Shown here: piece after piece, positions 1-11,984 of the stretch
How positions within the stretch are numbered: the first letter of the stretch is position 1
How the letters are laid out: every line of letters begins with the position of its first letter
Assembly (NCBI GenBank): GCA_951406725.2
Contig: OX597821.1
Location: 37,014,001-37,078,000, forward strand
DNA length: 64,000 nt
Direction of reading: 5' to 3'
Source: Octopus vulgaris
Taxonomy: Eukaryota
Made by a program: the position numbers and the translations under genes
The notes under the pieces: generated by a model
The model's database searches: none
What the model was told of the DNA's origin: nothing
Seen by the model: only the letters and a program-made list of their open reading frames with translations

Positions 1-1146
1 TTGAACAAGATGTGTAAAGAGAATAAACCTACTTAAGAGGAACAAGCAGAAGGGATAACAGTAAAGATCACAATGAAAATGTTTAGCAAGATCTCTTAAC
101 CCTTTTGTTACCAACCTATCCATAGACTCCTGAAAATATTTTGGTTAATGTTACCAAACCACCTATACCCACCCAAAATGACCTATTCATATTTTAATGA
201 AAATTTCAGCAAAAATCTCATTAGTACATTTGTAAAAACACATGATTTCACTATGTAAGCAATTGAGTTACATTGTCTGACATTATTTTACAGGATATGT
301 GGGTGCTATGAATTTTTAGAGATTTTTTTCTCCATTTTTTACTCACTTTGATTTTGTGAAATGTTTCACTGTAGACAAAAAACTGGATACTAGTTTTGTT
401 GTCAAGCAGTGAGATTGAATTCAAAGTATTTTTGAAAGAAGGCATAGAAGACATAAACTGCAAACATAAAAATCACACATGTGTGATTATGAATTAGATA
501 TTTTTTTTTGAAAGTGAAACAATGCTGACAACAGTTCTGATGGCGATAGAAAAAAAAATTAATTTGTACCTGAATATAGTAAGAATTTAAAACTGCTTTT
601 CTTAGTTTTTTTTTTTTAGGGAGATATTAGACCTAGCCACAGTCTTTCCAAGGAAATGAAGGAAAAAAGATGGTTGAGACATACCACATACTTGAAAGAA
701 AGTTAAGAATTCAAGCGTTTTTAGGAATATTGCTGTTTATGTATAAATATGACTTATTTTTTTCAAATTTAACTTGTTTTTATTTTCTATTTACCTGCAA
801 GATTAATTTGTAATCATTATCTAAGGTGGTGAGCTGGAAGAATTGTTAGCATACCACGGAAAGTGCTTAGCAGCATTTCTTCCAACTTTATGTTCTGAGT
901 TCAACTGCTGCCAGGGTTGACTTTGCCTTTCATCCTTTTGCAAGTTGAACACTCAGGTCAATGCAATTGGCTTATCCTATATCCCAAAATTGCTAGCCTT
1001 GTACTTGAGTGAAAACCAAAAACAGGTGTGGCAGGTGAGAGGACACGTCCAGCAAACTTTAGTTTGGTTCTGTATTTTTCCTTACACTTTTCAGGTTTTT
1101 CAAGTTTGAATAAAAAGTTTATTTAGAGGAAGAAAAAAACACTTAC

Positions 1147-1236
1147 TGTTGCCGTGTTACCCAAGCCACTTTCATTCTGAGCATTCACTGAAGGTAATAA
1201 TGGAGGAATCTGACTGGAATCCCTGTGAAGCATTGC
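1147..1236 (-). CDS. CSTF2: CSTF2 coding exon 6 (AMLHRDSSQIPPLLPSVNAQNESGLGNTAT); gene continues beyond the left window edge
   Basis: CTACAG acceptor and ACA|GTAAGT donor. 90 nt, phase 0/0; continues the hinge (..LHR) into the Pro-rich region. Confidence 0.85.
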
Positions 1237-2955
1237 CTGTAGAATAGTCAACATAATAAATTTGAATAAAATCAAACAAGTCAAGATAAATCTATTCATT
1301 GTATTTGCAGTAAAACTTTCTTTTACCATACTCTGTCCACAACAAATATGGATACAACTGACCACCACACCGTCTGCTTTATAGACACAGATATCTGATT
1401 CTATATGTTTGTATATTTGTAATTGTGTGTATGTGTTCCACATGCACATACATGTATATATGTAGATACGTGTGCATCCACATCTAATTATTATGTCAGT
1501 AAATATTGCATGTTCATTATATTTGTTTTTTATTTATTTTATTTTTGCCGCTGTTCATCTGATACATATATCCATGCATGTGTGTGTGTGTGTGTGTACA
1601 TACACATGTATGAGTATCTGTGTGTATATATCCAGATATATGTGAATATACGTGTATATGTATTTGTGTGTCCATATGTACATGATTTTCAAAATTGCAT
1701 CGGGTAGTAGCACCTGTCAGGATCCCAGCTATGGACTAAATAGCAAGTGAACCACAGGGAGTTCTATCTTCAGTGTGTCACTGGCAAAAACTTTCAATTA
1801 AAAAATCACTTTATGTTAAATCTGTTGCGAGGAAAAGTATTTGAGAAGAGACAATTTGCTGAGCAACAGGAAAATTAAACTTGGACATATAGTTGGTGCA
1901 AGATATTTAGGATAATTATTGAAGAGTTAAGTTCAGTTATTAATAGCTTTGTACTCAGTTATTTCTGTCATAATAATGTATAGTTCATTGAAATTTTTAT
2001 ATCAGAAATTTCTTTGCCAAAGACATATGCACTATTAACTGAAGAACAGGCCAACGTTACTTTCCATAGGTAATTCATATTTAGAAAATAAAGAATGAAT
2101 TTGTGAATCCTCCCTACTATTGTAAAATTCAAATAAATCCCTGTTAGTATTAAGCGAGGCTGGCAGAGAGTATGGATATTGATTTTTCGGTGAGACACCA
2201 ACAGAAATTTGTTCACTTGCCATACCAATTCTAGTAGGCAATGAGCATGTTAACTGACTATGCTTCACACTTCTCTCGTAATCTTGTTCAAGATCAGCTG
2301 ATAACTTATGCAGATCCCTTTTCAATGAGTCACTCTCAGATGAACTACTTTGCATTTCAGAAGAGTTTTTGGGTTTAGTTCTGTAGGTATTTCTCTTCTG
2401 TGGCAACGATGATACTTTTGATTTCTGAAATTCTTCTAAAGAGTGAGACCTATTGATTGAACTACGTGGTCTAACAGAAGGATCAGCGTTTAGAGAATGA
2501 TTTAAAAAGGATGACTTTTGGAAACTTTCAGATTTATGTAGTGTATATAAGAGGAGATTGATAGTCCAAAATACACATACTAAAATTATAAAACAATTTG
2601 AAAAAAGGAAGATATTGAGTTTAAAAGATCTGAAGATGGCTAGCAGCAACTGCTTAGCAAGTTGGGGGGATCTCTTCAAAGAAATGGTTGCAATGACATG
2701 GAAGGATAAGAATTCAGTATTATTTAGGCATTACAACCAATGGATACAAACGTACAGACAGTAAAACAACATTTAAAAGCAGCTATTACATTAATGTATT
2801 AATTTTTGTACTAATGGTTATGAACTGTTTTTAATATAGGTACAAGGTTGGCACAAGATAGAATAACTGATAAAGCAGTAGTTACAATGAAAAGTAAAAA
2901 TTATTGACAGTATTAATATAACAGATTTCAAAGTGGAAAAAATGTTAATACAAAC

Positions 2956-3075
2956 CGTAGCTACTTGTGGTTCAACAATCTGCATAACAATCTGAGCTTG
3001 AAGCAGAGCATATGCCAGCTGTGGATTTTGTAATAACATATTTCTAGCCTCATTTGGATTGTTCTGAATGCAGAG
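2956..3075 (-). CDS. CSTF2: CSTF2 coding exon 5 (LCIQNNPNEARNMLLQNPQLAYALLQAQIVMQIVEPQVAT)
   Basis: Hinge motif NMLLQNPQLAYALLQAQ, CTTTAG acceptor and ACG|GTTTGT donor. 120 nt. Confidence 0.95.
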
Positions 3076-6000
3076 CTAAAGGAAAGTAGAATTAAAACCT
3101 TAAAATATTGAAACAATAACATGAAACTGAAAAAATTGCAAACAGTCAAAATATAAAGTTGAATATACAGAAAAAAATAAGTAGAATATGTATAGAAAAA
3201 GCAAAATAGAAACTTAGAATAATTATACATGTAATACATAAAGTGCTGAGTTGGTGTCACTGTTAATCTCAATTGGTCAGCCAGAGTGGGGTGCATCTTG
3301 AACAGAAAAAAATTTCTTGACTGAAATCTTGTAAACCACTTCTGGCACACGTCCCATAGGAACATCCTCATAGTACATAGCACATACATTCCTGAAGATT
3401 TGCACCACTTTCTTGTCTTTTTAAAATAAAATAGCACGAGGTGTTGATAATGTTCGTTTGGGTTCTTCATTTTCAGGGTGAATTCAAGTACACAAAATAC
3501 AACCTGTCTAATCGCAAGATGGCAACAAACTACATTGAAGTGTCTAGTATCTAACGAGTAAGCACACACAAAGGACAGACTGAAGTTAGCTACTTATTAG
3601 AGTGCTTGAAGTTTAGTAGTGACAAAAACCAAAATTTTAACCAACCCAATACATATGTGTGTGTGTGAAGGTGGCATGGCCTAATGGTTACAGTGTTGCA
3701 CTCACAATTGCTAGATTGTGATTTCAATTCTTGGATCAAAACACTCTCATGTTGCCCTGCAATCACTTACACACCTAATGTGTAGTACACTGCGCCTGTT
3801 CAGGCAACATCAATTTCATGGAATGAGTGAGCTAATGAAAAGTACATACATTTGAGCTAAAGTACAGGACATACATTTAATCAAAATAATGAATTATTTG
3901 TACACATCATTCAGCAAAACAAAATTTTCTAATGTCCACTATACATATGTATATATAATGTTACCAACAAATCACCTGCTTACTTTGGACATGTAGAATG
4001 GAACACTCCTAACAGCTCACAAACCTACAAAACCTGAAGGGAGGGGCTTTATGCTCATGGGTGAGGGTTGAGATATGAGAGAAGGGGACGCGGCTGACTA
4101 GTTTCTTGTAGAGGAGCTACATGTTTGCTCATATTTAAGGGAGAGTGAGAAATGAATCAGCTGCAAAGAGATAAATAGTGGTCATGAGGTGTCCCAGCTA
4201 ATTGTGCAAGACAGCAAATGTGCCCACCCTCACATAGACAGTTAAATAAGTAACACTACTTCTTAGACATCTACTTCCATATGCCTCGTAACTACTAAAC
4301 TTTGTAACTCATTAAATCTATTTAAGATATTGTGATAATGATGGCAGTTCTGCATGTTCAAAGGTCATAAGGAAGAGCAGCAAGCCCTTCTTTTTGTTAC
4401 TAACCCTGCTGCAACTGGCTGAGAAATTTCCTGGTTTATCTTACCAGCTTAGCCAAAATAGCCTAGTTGTATGTAAATGAGAATTCAAGTAAATGGCCCT
4501 GCTCTTATACGTAAGAAGGGTGTAAGCAGAAATTTCATTCAGTGTACCCAGTGCAAGCTATGGACTCACAAGACATGTAGAATAGAACACCCCTAACTAA
4601 AAAAAACATACAGAGAACTAGTGACAAGAAGGGCTTCCAGCTGTAAAACAATGACTCAACAATATATTCATCTCACTAATGTCTCACAGAAATAATTAAT
4701 TTGATATATAAAAAAGATATTTTTCACCACAATCTGAAACAATTTTAAGTATGTACATATATATATATTTATATGTGTGTTCTGGAATGAGTTTAAATAA
4801 TGTCATCACCACCACTATGATTCTATGCCTGCTTTCCATGCTAGCATGTATTAAATGTGTCATCATGGTCCATACCTTGCTGATATATTCATGGTTTCTA
4901 TAGCTGGGTGCTTTTTCTAATATCAACTACAGTACAGAGTATATTGGATGCAATTTATTGTAGCATCAATAATAGTCTGTCCTCAGCCAAACTAAAACAT
5001 CTTTTTTAACATTACACTGACTCTGCCTATTCACCAAGCATTTATCATGGCACCAGCACTAAATGTTTTGTAGTCTGCAAGGCTAAAGAGTCTTCACTAC
5101 TGCAGGCTTCCCCAATCATTCAAGATAGTATGAACAAGAGAATCCAATGCCATCTTTAATTACAAAAATGGTTTTGTGCAGTGACTGTTAAGAGTGATGG
5201 TACGATTGAAAAACTTTAGTGTCATCCCTAGTTACACAGGTAGCATGATACAGTGGGCAAGAGATCCACTGTCATCTCTAGTTACATGGGCAGTAAGGTA
5301 CAATGAACAGGAGAGGGTGAAGTGGGGAGAATGAATGTCACAGAGAGAGGAGATATCGAAGAAGTGGAAAAGGGTCAAAATAAACATTAATTACATTAAC
5401 TTCACACAATTATTCCTATTCCCCTGTCTAGATAGTCTCTACTGAAAGCTGCCTTTCTTCTCAAACTAATGCTTATTTTTGAAATGTTCAAGGTTAGTAC
5501 TGGCAGATGAACAGAACGACTGCTTTTATGAAAAACTGTAGTAAAATCACTTTGATAATGAATTACATCGACCTCTTTATCAGGATTGGTGACTTTAATA
5601 CTATGATGGCTTCTCTTGCATAACTGAAAGCAGTAGATGTGGTACTGGAAATGAAGAAAGAACAAGGTTCTTGGACACAATTGACCTATTTGCAAGACTA
5701 ACTTCAGAAAATCCTATAATTCAGGTAAATATACAAATTAGATAGTTATGTGCTCATCAGGAAACAGGGTACACAAGTTCTATTTCCAGTTATTTCTAAT
5801 GTAGTAGCTAGTATTTATCCTAACCAACAGAAGAAGTCACTTTCTAACTTTCTACTACCAATATTAAAAACAGTCCATAACCATTAATACATATTAATGT
5901 GCTAGATGCTTCTAAAATGTTGATTTATTATCGGTAGACTTGCACTTATTGACTGTAATACTTAAAAACTGAATATTTGAGAAAAACGTGGTCCTCCAAC

Positions 6001-6402
6001 TCATATGAGGGCAGTAACTTCAAGTAAGAACCGACCTGTCCTGTCTATGGCAGCATGGAAGGCAGATATAAAATGATGAACTGTTTAGTTCAATATCTCA
6101 GGTAAAAACCTGGATGAAGTTGCAAAGGGATGCATATCTTAGATAGATGGACTTGGCAAAAGATTTAATTCATTTTCTGATGAGAGAGACTTAAATGAGA
6201 TGGGATATAATCCAGTAAAGACAAGAGTTCTATCCTACCCTATATATGTATGTGTGTACATATAAGGCATTTGAAACTACTTAAAGAACATCCATAGTTA
6301 AACCACAAACGATAAACATTTTTTTAATAGTCAAATCAATGTATATTAATGCAATAATAACTCAGAAAACAAAGCTGAAAAATATTAGAGAAAAAAATTC
6401 AC

Positions 6403-6510
6403 CTTCATCTGTTTCATTAATTCAAACATCTGCTCTGGAGGTAGACTGGCAACTGCTTTTGATATTGCTTCTGGTGCCTTTTCTGGTTCTACTTGGTCCC
6501 CATAAGGACT
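6403..6510 (-). CDS. CSTF2: CSTF2 coding exon 4 (SPYGDQVEPEKAPEAISKAVASLPPEQMFELMKQMK), hinge domain
   Basis: Diagnostic hinge sequence VASLPPEQMFELMKQMK, TTGCAG acceptor and AAG|GTGAAT donor. 108 nt, phase 0/0. Confidence 0.96.
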
Positions 6511-6705
6511 CTGCAAAGTTATTCATCATTATGAATATTCTTAATACAGTCATTAAAATACAGTAAATAAAAAGATGTAAATGTTAGACATTATTTATTA
6601 AGGGTATATTGCAACAATCTTATTGACATTTCTTTCATTATTTTTGTAATAGTTATATTTGTTTCTAATATAGGAATAACCAATGAATTTTTTAAGAAAA
6701 AGTTA

Positions 6706-7365
6706 TCATATCTATAAAAGGCATGGTGTGTGTGTGTACGTGATTGTAATTTATGCACATCCACAAATTAGCACGCATGTCACTCAAATTTTAGGAGGAC
6801 ATTCGTCAACATCCTATCTAGGTTTTGTCAAATTATTTTTTTCCTGACGCACCTGCGGATAGCGGTAAAATTCTATTTTCAGCAATAGCTTTTAGCCATA
6901 AAAAATATCAGCCATAGCTTTTTGACGGCGTCTAACAAAAAAAAATAAGATAAAGAAAAGTGGAAGAAGGAGGCAGAGAGTTTCATGGGAAAGACAAAGT
7001 GAGAGAGGAAGAGAGAGAGTAAGTGATGACATTCATAAAAAATAAAATGTAAAATGTTTTTTCTTAAACACGAGATATAGTGTTCAAATTCAAGATGTTT
7101 TTGAAAGACACTATATTATATAATCATAGTATATATACCTTCTCACACAACAATTACAATATATTTATTTTAAATTGTTCATCTTTCTCCTCCCTCTCTC
7201 TCTCACGCACATTACTTTGGGTGCGAAAGAGTTTTGTTTCATTTTATGCCGAGTAAAAAAGTGTTTTGTTGAGAGTCGATATTACTTAGTTTGGTTTGAA
7301 ATAAAGAACTTGATTAGCTTAATAATCGTAACTTAATCCCGGGCAAGGCCGGGTTATACTGCTAG
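6706..7365 (+). mobile_element. Non-autonomous Helitron in CSTF2 intron 3
   Basis: A|TC 5' end (tcatatctataaaag), subterminal hairpin cccgggcaaggccggg, and CTAG|T 3' end at 7362-7366. Confidence 0.75.
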
Positions 7366-8660
7366 TAATATTTAAATCTTTCCAAGAAACAGGCTTGTCT
7401 GCTGAGAACACACATTAATGCAATGTTGAGAGATTACATTAATGTATTGTTAACTCTTAAATTTCTATAGTGCTTTCTCTATGTAAATTTAATCCTGTTA
7501 GAAACTAAAGATTTTGAAGAAAATGCAATTAGTCCAGTATAAAAATCATAAAAATATAACTGTTGCATGAATATGAATGAAACTTGGTGATAGAATGTAA
7601 TGATTGTTGGTGTACATTATGAATATGGCATTTACTTGTTATTGTTGACTTCACCTGTCATCATGTCACTGTCACCTGACCAGATAAGTTGAATACAAGT
7701 AAGCTGACAATAGTTAGTGTGTTCAGATATATCTATTCCTAGGCATTGATTTCCTGTCTCAGAGTTGAATTGTAGTCTCTGTGCTGTGGAAGCTGCACAA
7801 CTCCTATTAGACAAAAATCATACCAAGATATGTCTTCATCTCTTCTATAGATGTAATGAATGTGGTGTTGCCTTTCAATGCATATACCTTGTAATCTCAT
7901 TATTCAAACTGAAAAAAATTTCTTCAGAAAAATCTTGAAGAAAATACTCAATGAGCTTTGCTTCTAAGTTCCACTAACAAATGCATCACTGTATCCAATA
8001 TAAACTATGAAAACACAGGAGATGTAGTGGAATCATGGACAGGCTATCCAGAAATGTGAGTTCCATAGATGCAAGTACTACAGTCACCAACATAGCAAAT
8101 GGCATTAGACACAGTTCTGGAATCTTTTATCTCTTACTTGTTTCGGTCACTGGGCTGTGGCTTGCAGGATTTAGCATAACAAATTGACCCTAGTCCTTAT
8201 ATGTTTTTTTTAAGCCTGGTATATATTCCACTGGTCTCTTTTGCCAAACCACTAAGTTATGGGGACAAACAGACACACACACAAATATATATGTACATTC
8301 ATATATATCATCATTTAACATCTGTTGTCCAAGCTGGCATGGGTTGAATGGTTTGACCAGGCTGGCATGCTGGAAGGCTGCACTGGACTCCAGTCTGATT
8401 TGGCATGGTCTTCTTCAGTTGGATACCCTTCCACTCAAAGCATGATGGGGCTTTTACATTCTTCTGTTCAAGGCTCTTTCATCGTACTATTAAAGAATTC
8501 CTTGATTTTTCTTCAATATTATGTCCCCATCAAGTATTGCAAATACTTAAATACAGCAGTATCTTACAGTTAGATTTTTCTCTTCTTAAAAACACAAGTG
8601 TTGGCAAAATATTTCGAGAGAAATAAAGTTTAAAAAAAATACCAAAAAAAACCAACTCAC

Positions 8661-8865
8661 TTCAACAGGAGGCCCACCAATAGCTTGTTGCATACTCTTC
8701 AGCTCTTCTTTGTTTTGTTCACCAGCAGCAACACCCACACGCAGTGGTCGCCCGTTGAAGTCATAGTTGTTGAGGTTACGCATGGCACTTTGTGCTGTTT
8801 CAATGTCTTGATATTCACAAAAGCCATAACCTTTTGGTTTACCAGTTTCCCTGTCATAAACTAAT
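8661..8865 (-). CDS. CSTF2: CSTF2 coding exon 3 ([20 protein letters not shown]...GRPLRVG...GGPPVE)
   Basis: RNP1 motif [15 protein letters not shown] acceptor and GAA|GTGAGT donor. 205 nt. Confidence 0.96.
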
Positions 8866-9773
8866 CTGAAAATTAAGTAATTATATAAAATAAAATCATG
8901 TAACTTATATTAAAAAAAAAAAACATTTATTATTTTTTTAATGATGCAAAGGCAGAATGAGAGAGTAAAGATGAAGGCTAGTTCAATAATAGCTGCACTA
9001 TTTTTTGATTGCTACTGGCTCTTGTGCCAGTGGCACATAAAAAGTACCTGCTACACTCAGAGTGGCTGGTGTTAGGAAGGGCATCCAACTGTAGAAACGC
9101 TGCCAGATCAGATGGGAGCCTGGTGCAGCCTTCTGGCTCTTCAGACCTCAGTCAAACCGTCCAACCCATGCCAGCATGGAAAATGGATGTTAAACAATGA
9201 TGATCAAAGAGAGTAGGATGAACTAAACAATACATTTCATCAATGTTAATACAGAAAAAACATCACTTGATGATACTTGAATAAACATTTAGCATTTCCA
9301 GATTAAACATATCAGTAAACAAATTATGGAATTCTAGCCAACAGATATGTTATGCTGTATACGCATATAAGAATCAAAGTATTCTGCTGATCAATAAATA
9401 CATCAGGAAAAAAATAATAATAAAAAAATCCCTTCTCTTAGCCTTTAGATAATTATTTCCAACCATTTCTTCTCTTGTGATATTTAAAACTATAAATCAA
9501 ACACCAACTTTTATTTTTGCAGATATTTTTTATATTCGAACTTCTACATATGATATGTATATTTGAAGTTTTAGCATTCAAATACATACAAATAGATCTT
9601 ATCTAGTGAAGCTTAAGAAAAAACAAAAGAAAAAGATTATGAAACTAAAGAGAATGACCAGTTTGAACAAAATGAAGACTTCATGACAATCACATTTTGT
9701 TGAAATAGCATACTAAAGGTAATATATAAATATCGGGATCTTCATGTTTAGAGAATATATAGTGAGATTTTAC

Positions 9774-9852
9774 CTAAAACTAACTACAGGACCAGCCTGA
9801 GCAAAGATCTCCTTGAGTTGTTCTTCAGTAGCTTCATAAGGAATGTTACCAA
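9774..9852 (-). CDS. CSTF2: CSTF2 coding exon 2 ([27 protein letters not shown])
   Basis: TTTTCAG acceptor and AG|GTAAAA donor. 79 nt, phase 1 to 2; matches the CstF-64 RRM. Confidence 0.95.
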
Positions 9853-11269
9853 CTGAAAAGAAAGAAGAACCAAATCATTATTTGTATAAGTTTTTGACAT
9901 TTGTTTTTACAAAAAGGGTAGAAAAAAATCAATATATGGAGTTGTGTTTAGGAACATGAATATTTACTAGTTTAATTAAACTAATATTAAACAAACATAC
10001 CCACAATACCAAGGACTCATCAAAATCAGTTATCAGAGACATTATGATCAACACAAATAAAGATCAACTGATCTATAGCACATGTTATTGTTTCAGAAGC
10101 CATACTGAGATTGTAATTGTGACTGATGGTGGTAATATACGTAGAGATAGAGAAAGGAAGGAAGGAAAATGGAAAAGGAAGTTGAGGAAGATGAAACACT
10201 GCTGAATATTGATACAGATATATAATCATACATGTGTCGATATTGTGGAATATTATGTTAATCAGGAAACTGTTAATGGTTTAGACACACACACCACCAC
10301 CACCACCACTTCCTCCTCCTCCTTGTTGGCATGGGATGCACACTATGACAGGTTTCAACATTTTGACATGCCCAAGGACTGCGTAAAGTTCTAAGGTCTG
10401 CTTTGGTATTCCCCAAAACCAACCACTTTACAGCTTGTGTTGGGTAGTCCTTTTTCATGAAACCAAGACTAGTGAGGCTGCCATGCAGTTTGCAAGACTA
10501 AGATTCTTTCAACTGAGTAGGGTTACAGTAAATAGGGTGATGGCTATATGCTAGATGAGTGGGTTAAAGTATAAGGAACCAGAACTATTGGCTAGCAAAT
10601 AGTTTTTGATTTATTTTGTCTTCAACTGTTTCATGTTATTCACTTTTTACTAGTTTTATTAATTTTTCTTCAGCTCTAGAGGGAAAATGCAATCTGCAAA
10701 ATCTTTTATGATTGTCTTATCAACTATCAATATGGGACTAGTAGAATTTTTTTTCTTTTTGACTCGCTGAATCTATAAACATATTACAAAAGTATGAGGC
10801 TCCAGCATGGAAAACAGACATTAAATGAAGATGATGTTGACGAGAATGGTTACAAGGAAAAATATATTTAGTGAACTACAAAAGTATGCAAGATTGAATT
10901 GGACAAAGTATGCAAGATTGAATTGGACAAACTCATGCCAGTGCCATCAGATGGTACACCTGCAATGTGCTCTGAGAAAAGTGAGTTTAGTAGACCTTTT
11001 TAAAGAAAACTTGAACAGTGTTGGTGTGCTCATCTTTGTAATCCATTGCATTCTGCATTAAGAGACACAGACAGCGGAGGAAAAGACATTGTAGATGTGG
11101 CTGTGAAAACCATATATTTTATACAGAGAAGAGCTCTCAACTACAATAGTTCAATTTCTTTTTTATATCCATCATGGACAGCGAATATGGAGTGCTTCTG
11201 TATCATTCTGAAGTGAGGTACCTCAGTCAGGGTGGGGATGGGGTTGAAGGGGTTTTTTCCTGTTTTGAG

Positions 11270-11975
11270 AGAAGTGAAATCGGTCAAATAATAGTAAAAA
11301 GGCATTTGATGATATTAAAAGAAAAACATTTCGATCCTGCAGTGAAGATTGCTGGAGCTTCTGAATACAGCACAGGAACAGTAATGTGACACAAATATAA
11401 AGATGGCAATATGAAGGTAGTGGTTCATTCCTCGTGTTCTCTGATAGCAGCAGGAAAAACTATAGTTAAATAGAGAAAGAAGCAATCATTTTTGCCATGA
11501 AGAAATTTCACAGAATTTTGCATGGTAGAAGTTTTTGGCTAGAATCTGATCACCAACCATTATTATCAATTTTGGGGTCAAAGAAAGGAATTCCTACCCA
11601 TACTGCAAATAGGTTTCAACACTGGGGTAAGATATTGTTGAATTATGACTTTAAGATGGAGTATATACCATCAAAGATGTTAGGCCATGCAGATGGTTTA
11701 TGAAGGCTAATTCCCAAAAATACAGAACTATTCAAAGATAGTGTGACTGTTGCATTGCAAGCGGAAAATGAAATAAAAAACATTTTGTGTAACATCATTC
11801 AGGAGCTGCCAGGGAACTGAAGTCAACAAAAGGGACAGGGACATTGCTTATGTGATGGAGTAAGAGATATCCTGGGTATAAAGATGTTGTCTCTGATGCC
11901 GCAACCCATAAGAATTGTTGCTTCAATAACATGAGGCAGCACATTTTTTTATCACTAAGCACATTACACTGCACG
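11270..11975 (+). mobile_element. Gypsy LTR retrotransposon pol remnant (RNase H region)
   Basis: KKFHRILHGRSFWLESDHQPLLSI...ANRFQHW...YDFKMEY..HADGL is a typical Gypsy RNase H/connection sequence; disrupted by stops. Confidence 0.8.
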
Positions 11976-11984
11976 GACATAGTG

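Noticed and set aside
2961-3569. 202-aa minus-strand ORF overlapping CSTF2 exon 5
   Set aside because: Different frame from the real exon, with low-complexity F/Y/L intronic composition and no recognisable domain.
6073-6180. Intronic C/D-box snoRNA (ATGATGA...CTGA) in a CSTF2 intron
   Set aside because: The C box coincides with the (TGA)n tail of a SINE fragment; no terminal stem or recognisable rRNA guide.
10881-10932. 24-bp tandem duplication aaagtatgcaagattgaattggac
   Set aside because: Simple local slippage duplication in an intron with no further structure.
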